Source of the DNA: Octopus sinensis
Lineage: Eukaryota
Assembly: GCF_006345805.1 (NCBI RefSeq)
Contig: NC_043013.1
Span: 14,694,001-14,758,000, forward strand
Reading direction: 5' to 3'
Length of the DNA: 64,000 bases
This document shows, in pieces, positions 50,753 to 64,000 of the stretch. Numbering within the stretch: the first letter of the stretch is position 1; each line of letters opens with the position of its first letter. The notes beneath the pieces are model-generated. The model made no database searches and had not been told where the DNA came from. It was given only the letters and a program-made list of their open reading frames with translations. A program made the position numbers and the translations under genes.

Positions 50753-51176
50753 CTAACAGCTAAGCCCAGTTTCACCCGGTCTGTTTGGATGATGTGGCTG
50801 TGATTGTTTTCGGTTAGGCATAATCTATAACAGTGTTTGTCAACCTTATCATTTTGGGTCCCCTGTTTCGATTGGAGCCTCCAGCTGTATGAAAATTTCC
50901 TGGCCCCCACCCCGTCAGAAAACAGCTTCTAAGCAACAGATTGTTTTAATAGCTGAAGAAAGAGGGAATTCCATGAGAAAAGTTTTAATCGATTTTCTCA
51001 GTAAGTATGGGGGTTAGGAAAAAAATACAAACTGCATTCCAATCTATGCACCCGTCTCCGCATGTGTGCCATTTTTCATGCGAATCCACCCAGCCGTTTA
51101 GCTGTGAACCTCAAGACAAGAAAGAATACTATGATTGCCCGTGTCCAATTTATATTTTATATATATATAGTAAAGA
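50753..51176 (-). mobile_element. Non-autonomous Helitron (family 3), slightly degenerate
   Basis: Minus strand starts TCTTTACTATATATATATAAAAT and ends CCGGGTGAAACTGGG hairpin + CTTAGCTG-TTAG|T. Confidence 0.7.
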
Positions 51177-51536
51177 CACATGGCCTAGGGATTAGGGTGT
51201 TTAGTATATATATATATCGTAAAGACACATGACCTAGGGGTTAGGGTGTTGCACTCACTATTGTTAGATTGTGGGTTCAATTCCCAAACTTAATGGTGCA
51301 TTGTGGATTTGATTTCCAGACTGGGTGGTGCAAGACACCTCATGTTGTCACTCTGCAATCACTTCAACATCTGACATGTGACCCACTGTGCACCTGTACA
51401 GGCATTGTTGGTTTGATGGGAGGAGTGAGACAATGTGCAGCATGAACAACATTTGATCACTATAAACCAATCATTCATGCAGGTTGTTCAGCAAGAAATT
51501 GCTGAACCATCTTCCTTAAACTCAAGACACTACCAT

Positions 51537-51622
<86 letters not shown>

Positions 51623-54037
51623 GGTGCAGTGGTTAGAGTATCGAGCTTACGATCGTGAGGTTGTGAGTTTGATTCCCAGACCAGGCTGCATGTTGTGTTC
51701 TTGAGCAAGACACTTTATTTCACGTTGCTCCAGTTAACTCAGCTGTGGAAATGAGTTGCGACGTCACTGGTGCCAAGCTGTACCGGCCTTTGCCTTTGCC
51801 TTTCCCTTGGATAACATCGCTGGTATGGAAAGTGGAAGCTGGTATGCATGGGCGACTGCTGGACTTCCATAAACAACCTTGCCCAGACTTGTGCCTAGGA
51901 GTGTAACTTTCTAGGTGCAATCCCATGGTCATTCATGACCGAAGAGGGTCTCCTCCTCTCTCTATATATATATATATATATCATCTTCATCATTTAATGT
52001 CCATTTTCCATGCCTGCATGAGTTGAACAGTTTGCAAAGTACAGACAAGCCAGAAGACTCCACCAGGTTCTATGTCTGCTTTGGCATGGCTTCTAAAGCT
52101 GGGATGCCCTTCCTAACTCCAAATAGTGTGTGTGTTCATATTTCCCTTCATGTGTGTTTGCTGGTTGTAAACAATGACCATGAAAGCATGTTCAGGCCTC
52201 TTGACTTGGTTTGACATGAGCCTTTTGTTTGCAAAAGGCTCATCCATATGGTGTCGTTTGTTTCCAGTTCTCTGCATAAAGCATACAGGTTTTTGTTGTT
52301 CAGTAGACAAGGAGATTCTTGCCTCACTTATAAACAAGTTGGGGTTAACATGTAGGGCATCCAGCTATAGAAGACTCTACCCCCAACATACTCTCATGTG
52401 ACTCATGCAAGTAGATGTTAAAACGATGATGATGGTGACATTTACCATCATAAATCCCTATAATGACCTCCCCCTCATTTATTGCAGTTATAGTAATTAT
52501 CATTTTTATCATTATTAGTGATGCAGTTAACTGGCAGAGTCATTAGCTTCTTGAACAAAATGTTCAGCAGCGTTTTTTCCAGCTGTTTATGTTCTGAGTT
52601 CAAATCCCTCTGAGGTTGACTTTGTCTGACATCCTTTCAGAGTTGGTAAAATAAAGTATCAGTAAAGTACTTTGGGGAGGGTCAATGTATTCGACGTCTC
52701 CCTCCCTTGAAAGTTGCTGGTTTTGTCCCTATATTAAAAATAATTATTATTGATATTTATTAGTGAAATTGCAAACTGATAGAATTATTAATGTCAGACA
52801 AAATATTTAGCAACATTTTTTCCAACTCTTTTACATACTCAGTTCAAATCTCACCAAGGTCGACTGTGCCTTTCATCCTTTTGGGTTGATAAAATAAAGT
52901 TCCAGTCAAGAACGAGAGTTGACGTGATCAACTTACCTTCTTCCCCTAAAAATTGCTGGCCTTGTACTGAAATTTAAAACAGTTATTTAAAAAATAAATT
53001 GTTATTGATATCATGGTCTATGAAACCAAATATCAGTCATTTACGGGGTTCTTGTGACAATGTCAGGAAGCATTATTTTGGGGGTTTTAAGAAATCCTGA
53101 AAGATAAATTATTGTTGCTTAGCTTAGATCAGCCCTGTTAAAGCAGACCTATGATGAAAGACACTCCAGCTATGATCTCCCTGTTTTATTAGTAGATTAT
53201 TATTATTATTATGATGATGATGGTGATATGGCAACGAGCTGGTAGAATCATTAGTGTGCCAGACGAAATTCTTAGCAGTATTTCGCCAGTCACTACGTTC
53301 TGAGTTCAAATTCTGCCGAGGTCAATTTTACCTTTTATCATTTCAGGGTCAATGTAATCAACCCCCCCCCCTCCTCCAAAGTTTCAGGCCTTGTACCTAT
53401 GGTAGAAAAGATTATTATTATTATTATATTGTTATAATTCTAAGATCGAAAAGTAGCAAATTGGTTGAATCATTAGTGTATCAGACAAAATGCTGAATTG
53501 CATTTCTTATGGTTGTTTACAATCTAAGTTCAAATCCCATCCTAGGTCAACTTTGCCTTTTGTCCTTACAGAGTTGATAAAATAAAGTACCAGTCAAGTA
53601 CAAGGACTAGCATAAGTGACATGCCCTCTCCCTACAAAACTGCTGGCCTTGTGGCAAGTCTAGTAAAAAATTATTATATTATTATTATATTAGGGTGTGT
53701 GGTGATTTGAGGGAAATTTGGCTGTTGTTTCTAACAGGTTGACTTGCCACAGAGAAGTTTCCTTTTTTTTTTTTTTGCTGCTTCACAAATATCTTTAACC
53801 CTCTTGGCACCATATATATTTCTCTTGCTTTTGTTTCAACTAATTTTTGGAAGTAATAATGAGTTCTAAATTAACTTTGTCCGTTTTAAAGCTGGTGTTT
53901 GGAGCATAAATAAACAAGGGATTTCGATAAAGGGTTTTAATTTAGATTGCTTTAAAACAGGAAGTTTGTATCATAGAACCAGAGATGATCTGAGGTGGGT
54001 TCCTGTTAAAAGGGCTCACATTATTATTCTTGATATT

Positions 54038-54817
54038 GCTGCTGTTGCTGTTGAGTGAAGCGGTCTTCGTCCCAGAGCTCGCAAGATGGGAGAAGTCCGA
54101 AACGTGGTCCTTTGCTATTCGTAAGACCCGCAGAAGAGAAAGCAGGTCAACCCCCCCCCCCCGACACCGAGAGCATCGACGGATGGATGAATGCGCATCC
54201 AGGCTCAGCAGTTGCGTAGGAAGTCGGGGACAAGAAACAGGAAGAAAGAGTGAGAGAAAGTTGGAGCAAAAGAGTACAACAGGGGTCCCCCCCTCCTGCT
54301 GGAGCCTCGTGGAGCTTTAGGTGTTTTTCGCTCAATAAACACACATAACGCCTGGTCTGGGAATCGGAACCACGATCCTCCAACCATGAGTCTGCTGCCC
54401 TAACTACTGGGCTATTGCGCCTCCATGGTGGTGATGGTGCTGTTGCTGTTGAGCGAACGGTCTTCGTCCCAGAGCTCGCAAGATGAGAGAAGTCCGAAAC
54501 GTGGTCCTTTGCTATTCATAAGACCTGCAGAAGAGAAAGCAGGTCAACCCCCGACACAGAGAGCATCGCCGGATGGATGAATGTGCATCCAGGCTCAGTG
54601 GTTGCGTAGGAAGTCAGGGACAAGAAACAGGAAGAAAGAGTGAGAGAAAGTTGGGGCGAAAGAGTATAACAGGGGTCGCCACCACCCCCTGCCGGAACCT
54701 CGTGGAGCTTTAGGTGTTTTCGCTCAATAAACACACACAACGCCCGGTCTGGGAATCGAAACCGCGACCCTCCGACCGCGAGTCCGCTGCCCTAACCACT
54801 GGGCCATTGCGCCTCCA
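54038..54817 (-). mobile_element. Head-to-tail dimer of a young tRNA-derived SINE (family E)
   Basis: Units 54038-54425 and 54437-54817. A-box TGGCCCAGTGG, B-box GTTTCGATTCC, CpG-rich, (CAA/CAG)n tail. Confidence 0.85.
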
Positions 54818-56768
54818 CTGTTGTTGCTGCTGTTGTTGTTGCTGTTGCTGCTGTTGTTATATACAACTAAGATGTCATTAGTAGTTAAGAGTTTAGTATA
54901 AATTTTTATTGATTAATCCACATTGTGGTGCATTGCTTAATCTAACTGTGTATGTGTCTGTGTGTGTATTTTGGTGCCTGTGTGAGGTAGTCGTGTGTGT
55001 ATCTGTGTCTCTGTGCATGCATGGTAGTGTGTGTGTGGGTCTATGTGTGCATACCCTCAACTCTGTATGAAAGTGTGCCTGTATGCAGTAGTGTGTGTGT
55101 GTGCCTCTGTATGTGTAATTGTCTGTGTTTGACTGTGTGTGTATATGTTATGTTAACTCCAGTTCTTCCATATCAACCTCTCTCTCTCTGCCACCACCTC
55201 CACCACTGCTTCCTTTCTCCTCCTCCTTCATCTCTGCTGTTCATTGTCTATCTATCCCTTTTCTCCTTCTCTCTCTTTACCCCTTCTCTCCTTCTCTCTC
55301 TATCTGCCCCACCCCCATCACACATTACCATATCCATTAACTGTTGTTATTGCTTTCCTTATCAACAAACATATGGCAACAAGATAATGCACAGACATAC
55401 ATTGCACACAGTCATACAGTCACACGGCGCATACATGCACACACACGCACACACACATACATGTACACGCTCACATGCGTTTCTAAATGATAAAAATATA
55501 AACCAGTAAATGAAGCAAGCGATTGAATGATGAACTGGGATGAATGAATAGGAGAATGAATGGAATGAACACTCGAAGGTAGACAGGATGAATGAAAACA
55601 GAATGAATACACACACACGCACGCACATGCACACACTTTTCATTTCAAACCAAATATAGGGAACCAAATGTCAAAACACTTGGGGTGGCATTGGTGGCAA
55701 AGTTAGTGATGGAGGTGAGGGTGATAATAATGGAGATATTTGTTGTTGTGAGGCGAGGCTGGCAACGGCCACGATCGGATGGTGTTTGTTATGTGCCACC
55801 AGCACGGAGACCGCATCGACTGGCCTCCATGCTGGAGGCACATAAAAAGCACTATCCGATCGTGGCCGTTACCAGCCTCGCCTGGCCTCCGTGCTGGTGG
55901 CACATAAAAAGCACCATCCGAGCGTGGCCTTTTGCCAGCCTCATCTGGCACCTGTGTCGGTGGCACATAAAAAGCACCCACTACACTCATGGAGTGGTTG
56001 GCGTTAGGAAGGGCATCCAGCTGTAGAAACACTGCCAGATCAGACTGGAGCCTGGTGCTGCCTCCATGGCTTCCCAGACCCCAGTTGAACCGTCCAATCC
56101 ATGCTAGCATGGAAAGCGGACATTAAACGATGATGATGATGTTGATGTGGTGGTGGTGGTTTTGGTTGGGATATTGGTGAGGGTGATAAATGATGATGGT
56201 GATAATAATCGTTTCAAATTTTGGCACAAGGCCCTCAATTTTTGGGGGGGTGGATGCATGTCGATTAGATTGACCCCAGTGCTCAACTGGGTATTTATGT
56301 TACCAACCTCCGAAAGGATGAAAATTGAAGTCGACCTCTGCTGAATTTGAACTCCAAACATAAAGGGCCAGAAGAAATTCGCAAAGTATTTTGTCCAATG
56401 CACTAACAGTTCTTCCGCCACTAGCAAAGATAATAGTGATGGTGATGTTGGTATTTTTAATGGTGCTGATGGTAAAAGTGATATTTTTTTTTAAATGACT
56501 GTAATAATGATAGAAGTGGTGGTGTTGGTGGTGATAATGATGATAGGATGGTAGTGATGATGGTGATGGTAGTGGTGGTGATGGTGGATGATAAGGTGAG
56601 TAATGGTGATGACGGTGTTGATGATAGTGGCAATGGCAATGAGAACCCAGTACTTGACTGATACTTTATCTTATCAATACCAAAAGGATGAAAGGCAAAG
56701 TCAACCTCAGTGACATTTGAACTCAATAGAGACTTGGAAACAAGCTTGCACGTGCAGTCAGTTGAAGA

Positions 56769-57360
56769 CCTATTTCTTTACTGCCCACAAGGGGCCAAAC
56801 ACAGAGGGGACAAACAAGGACAGACAAATGGATTAAGTTGATTACATCGACCCCAGTGCGTAACTGGTACTTATTTAATCGACTCCGAGAGGATGAAAGG
56901 CAAAGTCGACCTCGGTGGAATTTGAACTCAGAACGTAATGGCAGACGAAATACCTATTTCTTTACTACCCACAAGGGACTAAACACAGAGAGGACAAACA
57001 AGGACAGACAAACGGATTAAGTCGATTATATCGACCCCAGTGCGTGACTGGTACTTATTTAATCGACCCCGAAAGGATGAAAGGCAAAGTCGACCTCGGC
57101 GGAATTTGAACTCAGAACATAGCGGCAGACGAAATACCTATTTCTTTACTACCCACAAGGGGCTAAACACAGAGAGGACAAACAAGGACATACAAACGGA
57201 TTAAGTCGATTACATCGACCTCAGTGCGTAACTGGTACTTATTTAATTGACTCCGAGAGGATGAAAGGCAAAGTCGACCTCGGCGGAATTTGAACTCAGA
57301 ACGTAGCGGCAGACGAAATAACCACTAAGCATCTCACCTGGTATGCTAACGTTTCTGCCC
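56769..57360 (-). mobile_element. SINE family B with one head and three tandem 184-bp bodies
   Basis: cctatttctttac recurs at 56769, 56953 and 57137. Confidence 0.9.
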
Positions 57361-59486
57361 TGCACATACTGGATGTCAATGATCATCGGGGAAGAATGCA
57401 CAATGTGTGGGGGGTGGGGTGGGCTTCCTCTCAGCAGCTTTACAGTACACCAGCCCCCTGCTTTACTGATGTGAGGCCCCAACTACTGTTTCACAAGTCC
57501 ATTTCGGGATCATCACCTCTCCAGCCAGCATTTGAACCAGCCATGTCCAGCCCAAGCATTCTATTTATTTAATGTCCAAACTGGCCAGATCCTGCATGTC
57601 ACACCTACCCTACAATGTCATTCTATGAATAAACCAATCACATCATCAAAATCTTAAAGCCTCATGTTAATACATGATTATTTAAAATGATGATAATAAA
57701 AAAACGCTTTACATTTGACAGAATAATTTGAATGCTAAAGGGTTAATTGATACCATTGGACTACAGTATTTGACTCGTATTTTATTGACCCCCAAAGAGA
57801 TAAAAGGCAAAGCTGACCTGAGCAGGATTTGACCTCACAATGTAAAGAAGTGAAAGAAATACTACAATGCTCTAACAATTCTGCTAGATCCTGCCCTTGT
57901 TGTTTCTGAATTAAACACAAGGCCAGTAATTTTGAGGGGAAGGGAGCAGTTGATTATATTGATTCTAGTACTTGACTGGTGCTTCATCCTCTTGACTCCA
58001 GAGGGATGAAAAGTAGAGCTAACCATGACAGGATTTCAGTTCCATTCATAGTGAACTGGAACAAATACTACAAGGAATTTTGTCCAAAGTGCTAACAACT
58101 GCCAATTCAATTCTCTCAATATAGCAATAATACTTTCCACCCTAGGTACAAGGCCTGAAATTTTTGTGGAGTGGTGCTAAATGATTATATCAACTCTAAT
58201 GCTTGACTGGTACTTAATTGACCCCAAAAGGATGAAAGGCAATGTCAGCCTTGGAATAATAATAATGATAATAAGTCGCGCAGATTTGGTTGTGATGCAT
58301 GTGCCTGGTGTACCCTTGTCAGATGGGTATACTGGGCTTCGTATATTTACCCCAGTGTCATTTTGATGGCATGCACTGCTCTCTCACTCAATAATAATAA
58401 TAATAATAATACTTCTATAGGCACAAGGCCTGAAATTTGAGAGGAGGGGGGTGGCTAGTTAATTACATCAACTCCAGTACGCAACTGGTACTTATTTTAT
58501 CAACCCTGAAAAGATGAAAGGCAAAAATCAACCTTGTGGGTATTTGAGCACAGAACATAAAGCTTAGCATTTTGCCCTGCATGTTAATGGTTCTGCCACT
58601 TCGACATCTTTACAATAATAATAAGAAGAATCCTTCCTGCTATAGGCACGAGGCCTGAAATTGTGGGGGAGGGAGATAGTCTGTTACATTGACCCCAGTG
58701 CGTAACTGGTACTTATTTCATTGACTCTGAAAGGACGAAAGGCAGAGTCGACCTCAGCAGAAGTTGAACTCAATGTAAGGATGGACAAACTGACGTTAAG
58801 CATTTTGCCTGGCGTGCTAACACCTCTGCCAGCTTGCCGCCTTAGGAAAAATAAGAATAATAATACGAAGAAGAAGAATATTAATTGCTTTCAAATTTTG
58901 GCACAAGACCGGCAATTTTAGATGGTTGGGGTAGTCAATTACATTGATCGCAGTACTTATCTGGTACTTATTTCATTGTTCCTTGAAAGCTGAAAGGCAA
59001 TGTCAACTTTGGCAGAAATAATAATTACAAACATTGACACAAGGGTGCCAGTTTTGACTGGGGTTGTAAACTATAGAGGGGTGGGTGTCTGTCTTTATGG
59101 GGTCATTGAGATCAGTATAAACAGTAACGACTGTAGATGAAAGTGTTAACTCTTTGAATAGCAACCTGCTAAAGAATGCCCCTGGTTCTAGAAGACAAAC
59201 TTCTTGTTTTAAAGTGATCTAAACTAAACATTCATGTTGTAAACATTTGCCTAGTAATGACAAAGTTGTTTTGCCAAATTCTTTATTATTTTTGAGAATT
59301 AATTGACACAAAGGCATAGTAGTCCAACAGAAACATAGTAACAAAAGGGTTAAAGCAATCTAAATCAAAACCTTCCACCAAGATTTCATGTTGAATAATG
59401 TTCCTAACACCAGCTTGATAAAGACAGATATTTTATTAAATTCTTTATTATTTCCAAAAATAATTGCATCAAAGCCAACTGCAATA

Positions 59487-59899
59487 TACTCTTTTTACTC
59501 TTTTACTTGTTTCATTCATTTGACTGTGGCCATGCTGGAGCACCGCCTTTAGTCGAGCTGATCGACTCCAGGACTTATTCTTTGTAAGCCTAGTACTTAT
59601 TCTATCAGTCTCTTTTGCCGAACCGCTAAGTTACGGGGGAAGTAAACACACCAGCATCGGTTGTCAAGCGATGTTGGGGGGACAAACACAGACATGCAAA
59701 CATATACATACATGTACATAAGTATATATATATATACGACGGGCCTCTTTCAGTTTCTGTCTACCAAATCCACTCACAAGGCTTTGGTTGGCCCGAGGCT
59801 GTAGTAGAAAACACTTGCCCAAGGTGCCATGCAGTGGGACTAAACTCGGAACCATGTAGTTGGTAAGCAAGCTACTTACCACGCAGCCACTCCTGTGCC
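59487..59899 (-). mobile_element. Full-length SINE family A, 138 bp upstream of DMXL exon 4
   Basis: Complete head to tail. Confidence 0.9.
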
Positions 59900-60036
59900 T
59901 ATATAGTAACAAAAGGGTTAATTATTTTCGCATCTTGAAAGGAGGCATCCAAAAATATATACCTTTAATAACCTGTAATAACTTTGTTGTCTCTTTTGTG
60001 TTTTTTTTTTTACCATTTCACATTTCTATCTTTTAG

Positions 60037-60115
60037 AAATTGGACTACTGCTGGTACAAGACTGCCTCTTTTACCGCCGAATGTTTCATCCATTCTCTGG
60101 CTTGGAACATTGATG
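60037..60115 (+). CDS. DMXL1/2: DmX-like protein coding exon, equivalent to exon 4
   Basis: catttctatcttttag acceptor and gtaagt donor. 79 nt, phase 0-1. KLDYCWYKTASFTAECFIHSLAWNID(G) vs recalled human QLKCQWLKTGQFFLSSVTYNLAWDPQ(D). Confidence 0.92.
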
Positions 60116-61339
60116 GTAAGTAGAACTGCATGTAACAAGTTGTTTTACTGTTGTTCTATCTGGTTTTTACATTTTTTTGTTTTTTTTTTTTCATACAAAG
60201 TGTGTGCACACATACATACATACACATGCACATATAGATGTATTCTAGGTTTTGTATGAGGAAAATATCTGGAGAATGTGAGACTTGAACTCTTGACTAA
60301 GTGGTCAGTGTCAATTGTTGTTTAGTCTTGTTATATGTTTTGGGATATGGAGACACATTCAACCCATCACACACACACTCACACACACACACTGAAACAA
60401 CGTAGTTGACAAACTTCTCATCCAGACAACCATATCAGCAGTGTACGGACACAAACATGCATGTTTGTTACGAGTTTTAGTCTTTGTAAAATCTTTATTG
60501 CAGGACATTAAATTAATGCTCTACCCAGCCTTATATTTATAATAACCGGGTATTAAAAATCTTTTATAGGTATGCTTTGTTATTAACCATTCCCATCCTT
60601 ATACCGTGTGTTTAAAGTATGTAGGTATGTCTTCAATGTTGACCTGTCCAACCCTATATCCAAGTGTTAGAATATGTTGAAACATGTCTTTATTGTTAAG
60701 TTTAAATCTAAAATAATCCAAATATTTCTCTTCTTCCTGCTCTCTCTCTCTCTCTCTCACTTTGTCCTCTCTCTGTCTCAGGTTCACATAAAAATTCAAA
60801 ATTCCCCCAGAAAATAGGTGACGGATCAAATGTATTCATATGTGTGTGTGTGTGGGTGTATGTGTGGATGAGTGTGTGTGTGTGTGTGTGTATATGTATA
60901 TATATATATATATCTGAGACCCCCTTCGGTCATGACACAGACCATGGAATTGCACCTAGATAGTTACCCTCCCAGGCACAAGTCCGGGCAAGGTTGTTTA
61001 TGGAAGACAAGCAGTCGCCCATGCATACCTCTTTTCAATACAGGAAGTATTTTTGATTTTTACTTTTTTCTCCATTTTCATTGGCTGGATTTCCCATGTG
61101 ATTTCCCTTCTAATTTCAAACCATACTTGATCAGTGGAGCAGAAACAGATGGACATGAAATATATCAATGACTTCTCATATTGCTTGGTGTTGTAGATTT
61201 GTAGTATGAGTGAGGGTAGGTGAGTGTAAAAGATTGACTTCCTCATTCTCGCTATACCTTTGATATTTTATTGTTTTGTTTATTAATCATTCCACCGGTT
61301 GGGAGAAAGGATCAAGTTGTCCATTGTTGGATTCTGCTA

Positions 61340-62530
61340 ATCATCATCAGCATCTGCTTTCCATGCTGGCATGGGTTTGACGGTTTGACTGAGGACTGGC
61401 TAGCCAGGAGGCTGCACCAAGCTCCAATCTTATCTGACAGGGTTTCTACAGCTGGATGCCTTTCCTAATGCCAACTACTACAAAGGTGTAGTGGGTGCTT
61501 TTTACCTGTCACCAGCATGGGGGCCAGTCAGGCGGCACTGGCATCAACCATGTTCAAATGGTGCTTTTTATGTGCCACCAGCACAGGAGCCAATCAAGCA
61601 GCACTGTCATTGACCATGCTTGAACGGTGCTTTTTATGTGCCACTGGCACTGGCATCGTTCACACTCAAATGGTACTTTTTACCGGCGGTGAGCTGGCAG
61701 AAATGTTAGTGCGCTGGGCGAAATGCTTAATGGTATTTTGTCTGCCGTTACGTTCTGAGTTCAAATTCCACCGAGGTCGACTTTGCCTTTCATCCTTTCA
61801 GGGTCGATAAATTAAGTACCAGTTACGCACTGGGGTCGATGTAATCGACTTAATACCTATGTCTGTCCCCTCTATGTTTAGCCCCTTGTGGGTAATAAAG
61901 AAATAGGTACTTTTTACTGGCGCAGATGCCAGTCAGGTGGCACTGGCATTGGCCATGACTACAATTTCATTTCACTCAGCCGGTCTTCTCAAACACAATG
62001 TATTGCCCAATGATTGAAGGGTACTTTTAAATGGGCCAGTTATGCAACGCTGGCATCAGCCACAGCTACAATCTTACTTGGCTTGCTGGGTCTTCTCATG
62101 CACAGCAAAGGTTTCTGTTGCTTGTCATTTCCTCTTTGAGGCCCAACGTTTGAAGGCCATACTTCACCACTTCATCCCATGTCTTCCTGGGTCTACCTCT
62201 TCCACAGGTTCCCTCCACTGTTAGAGTGTAACACTTCTTCACACAGCTGTCCTCATCCATACGCAACACATGACCATACCAGAGCAGTCGTCTCTCTTAC
62301 ACACCACATCTGATGCTTCGTATGTCCAACTTCTCTCTCAGGGCGCTTACACTGTCATGTTTGCACACTGACATTACACATCCAGTGGAGCATGCTGACT
62401 TAATTTCTTTCAAGCCTACGCATGTCCTCATCAGTAAACAGCCCATGTTTCACTGCCATGTAGCATGGCTGTTTGCATACATGCATCATACAGTCTAGCT
62501 TTCACTCTGTTTGGAAAGTTTGACTGGAGT
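61340..62530 (-). mobile_element. Longest RTE LINE type 2 remnant (ORF C-terminus plus modular 3'UTR), interrupted by a SINE B at ~61683-61905
   Basis: Minus strand RVKARLYDACMQTAMLHGSETWAV, then (with frameshifts) LLWYGHVLRMDEDSCVKKC and VEGTCGRGRPRKTWDEVVK, followed by tandem UTR modules and a (GAT)n tail. Confidence 0.85.
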
Positions 62531-64000
62531 TGACGAACCAGAGGATTGCACTTAATGATAAACGCTTTACAGACTGTGCTGAGTGCTTTTTGCATGACAC
62601 CTGCATTAATCTGCTAATCAATGCCTTTAATATAATAATAATAATAATAATCATCATCATAATCATAATCCTTTCTGTTATAGGCACAAGACCAGAAATT
62701 TATGGGGAGGGGGTAAGTCAATTATATCAACCCCAGTGCATAACTGGTACTTATTTAATCAACCCCGAAAGGATGAAAGGCAAAGTTGACCTCAGCAGAA
62801 TTTGAACTCATAACGTAGTAACAAATGAAATACTGCTAAGCATTTCACCCAGCATGCTAACAATTCTGCCAGCTCGCTGCCTTAATAATAATAATAATCC
62901 TTTTGTACTATAGGTTCAAGGTCTAAAATTTTGGGGGAAGTGGCTAGTCGATTGCATCGACTCAAGTGCTGGACTGGTACCTATTTTATCAACCCCTGAA
63001 ACAATGAAAGACAAAGTCAACTTCAGTGGAATTTGAACTTAGAACAAAAGAACTGAAAAAAAATACCACTAAGCATTTTGTTTAATGCACTAATAATTTA
63101 CTGGTATGAACCCATACATTTTAACCCTTCAGTATTTAAACTGGCTGTATCTGGCTCAAATATTCTACTTGTTTTATGTTAAAGGCAATCAGTTCCACCT
63201 TTTCACACCTACCCTACAATGTTATTCTAAAAATAAGCAATTACTTCATTGAAATCTCAAAGCTAAAAGATAATGAATGATTTATTCAAAATAGTTCAAT
63301 TTAATAGGCATTACTTTCGACAGAATAATCTGAATGCTGAATGGTTAGGTTCAAGTCCATACATTTTTGGTCAGTTTGTGGTACTTTTATGAACCTCTAA
63401 ATTGATTAAAGGTCAAGCTGACCTTTAAGTCAGAATGTAAAGAAATATAACTAAAAACTGTTATTTTGACCAATGTTCTGCTAATTCTACTAATCCATCA
63501 TCCTTCTCTATAGAATACTAATTAATAACAATAATAACTGTATTTCACAAAATTTGAGGTAGTTGGAGAAGTAAAGGAAAATTTGTTAAACCAGAAAGAC
63601 AAAGATACAGAAGCAAAAATAATCTAGAACAGGCTTTGGAATTGTGTTTGAAGAATAATTACCAAGAAAGGAACTATTTAAAAAAAAAAAAAAGACAAAA
63701 TGAGGAGGACAGAGTGGGTGGTGATGGAGTGGATTTGGTTTTAAGAATCAGGAAGGAATAAAAAGACGAAAATTAAATATTTTAAAAAGTTTTTGAAAAA
63801 CACTTTCCAAATTTAAATTTTGTTTTGTGTGTGTGTGTGCATGTGTGTCTTAATTTTTTTTTCTTCTTCTTCCTGAACTGAAATTTGTAAAGAATTAAAT
63901 TGATTTACTGCAGTTGCATTTCTTTCTTTCTTTAAGTCCTGGAAATTTAGTAACAGCTGTTGACAGTTCTATTGACAACATGGCTATTGTCAACATCATG

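Noticed and set aside
54740-54817. tRNA-like sequence
   Set aside because: No acceptor stem closure; it is a SINE head. No genuine tRNA gene was found in the window.
56769-57360. CRISPR-like regular repeat spacing here, at 14786-15175 and at 43287-43482
   Set aside because: No unique spacers, eukaryotic context and no cas genes; these are tandem repeats.

Overview
AT-rich, microsatellite-dense eukaryotic DNA whose SINE, RTE-LINE and MITE content looks like a coleoid cephalopod, most likely Octopus (inference, no database check). The only host gene I can support is a + strand DmX-like/Rabconnectin-3alpha gene (DMXL1/2). Three small N-terminal WD40 exons (37461-37586, 42578-42649, 60037-60115) match the vertebrate exon 2-4 boundaries as I recall them. 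Exon 1 was not found in the 37 kb upstream, and exon 5 lies beyond the window. Almost everything else is mobile DNA: several tRNA-derived SINE families, 5'-truncated RTE LINEs of at least three types, a decayed CR1/L2-like LINE, an internally deleted mariner, an internally deleted piggyBac with matching TTAA MITEs, a pogo/Tigger MITE, three non-autonomous Helitrons, local duplications and microsatellites. The most notable unexplained signal is a ~290-bp repeat present twice that folds into a complete type I hammerhead ribozyme on the minus strand, with further decayed hammerhead remnants elsewhere. There are no prokaryotic features (no CRISPR, operons or rRNA). Most ORFs in the supplied track are repeat or microsatellite artefacts. 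Repeat boundaries were read by eye and are approximate unless target-site duplications (TSDs) are quoted.
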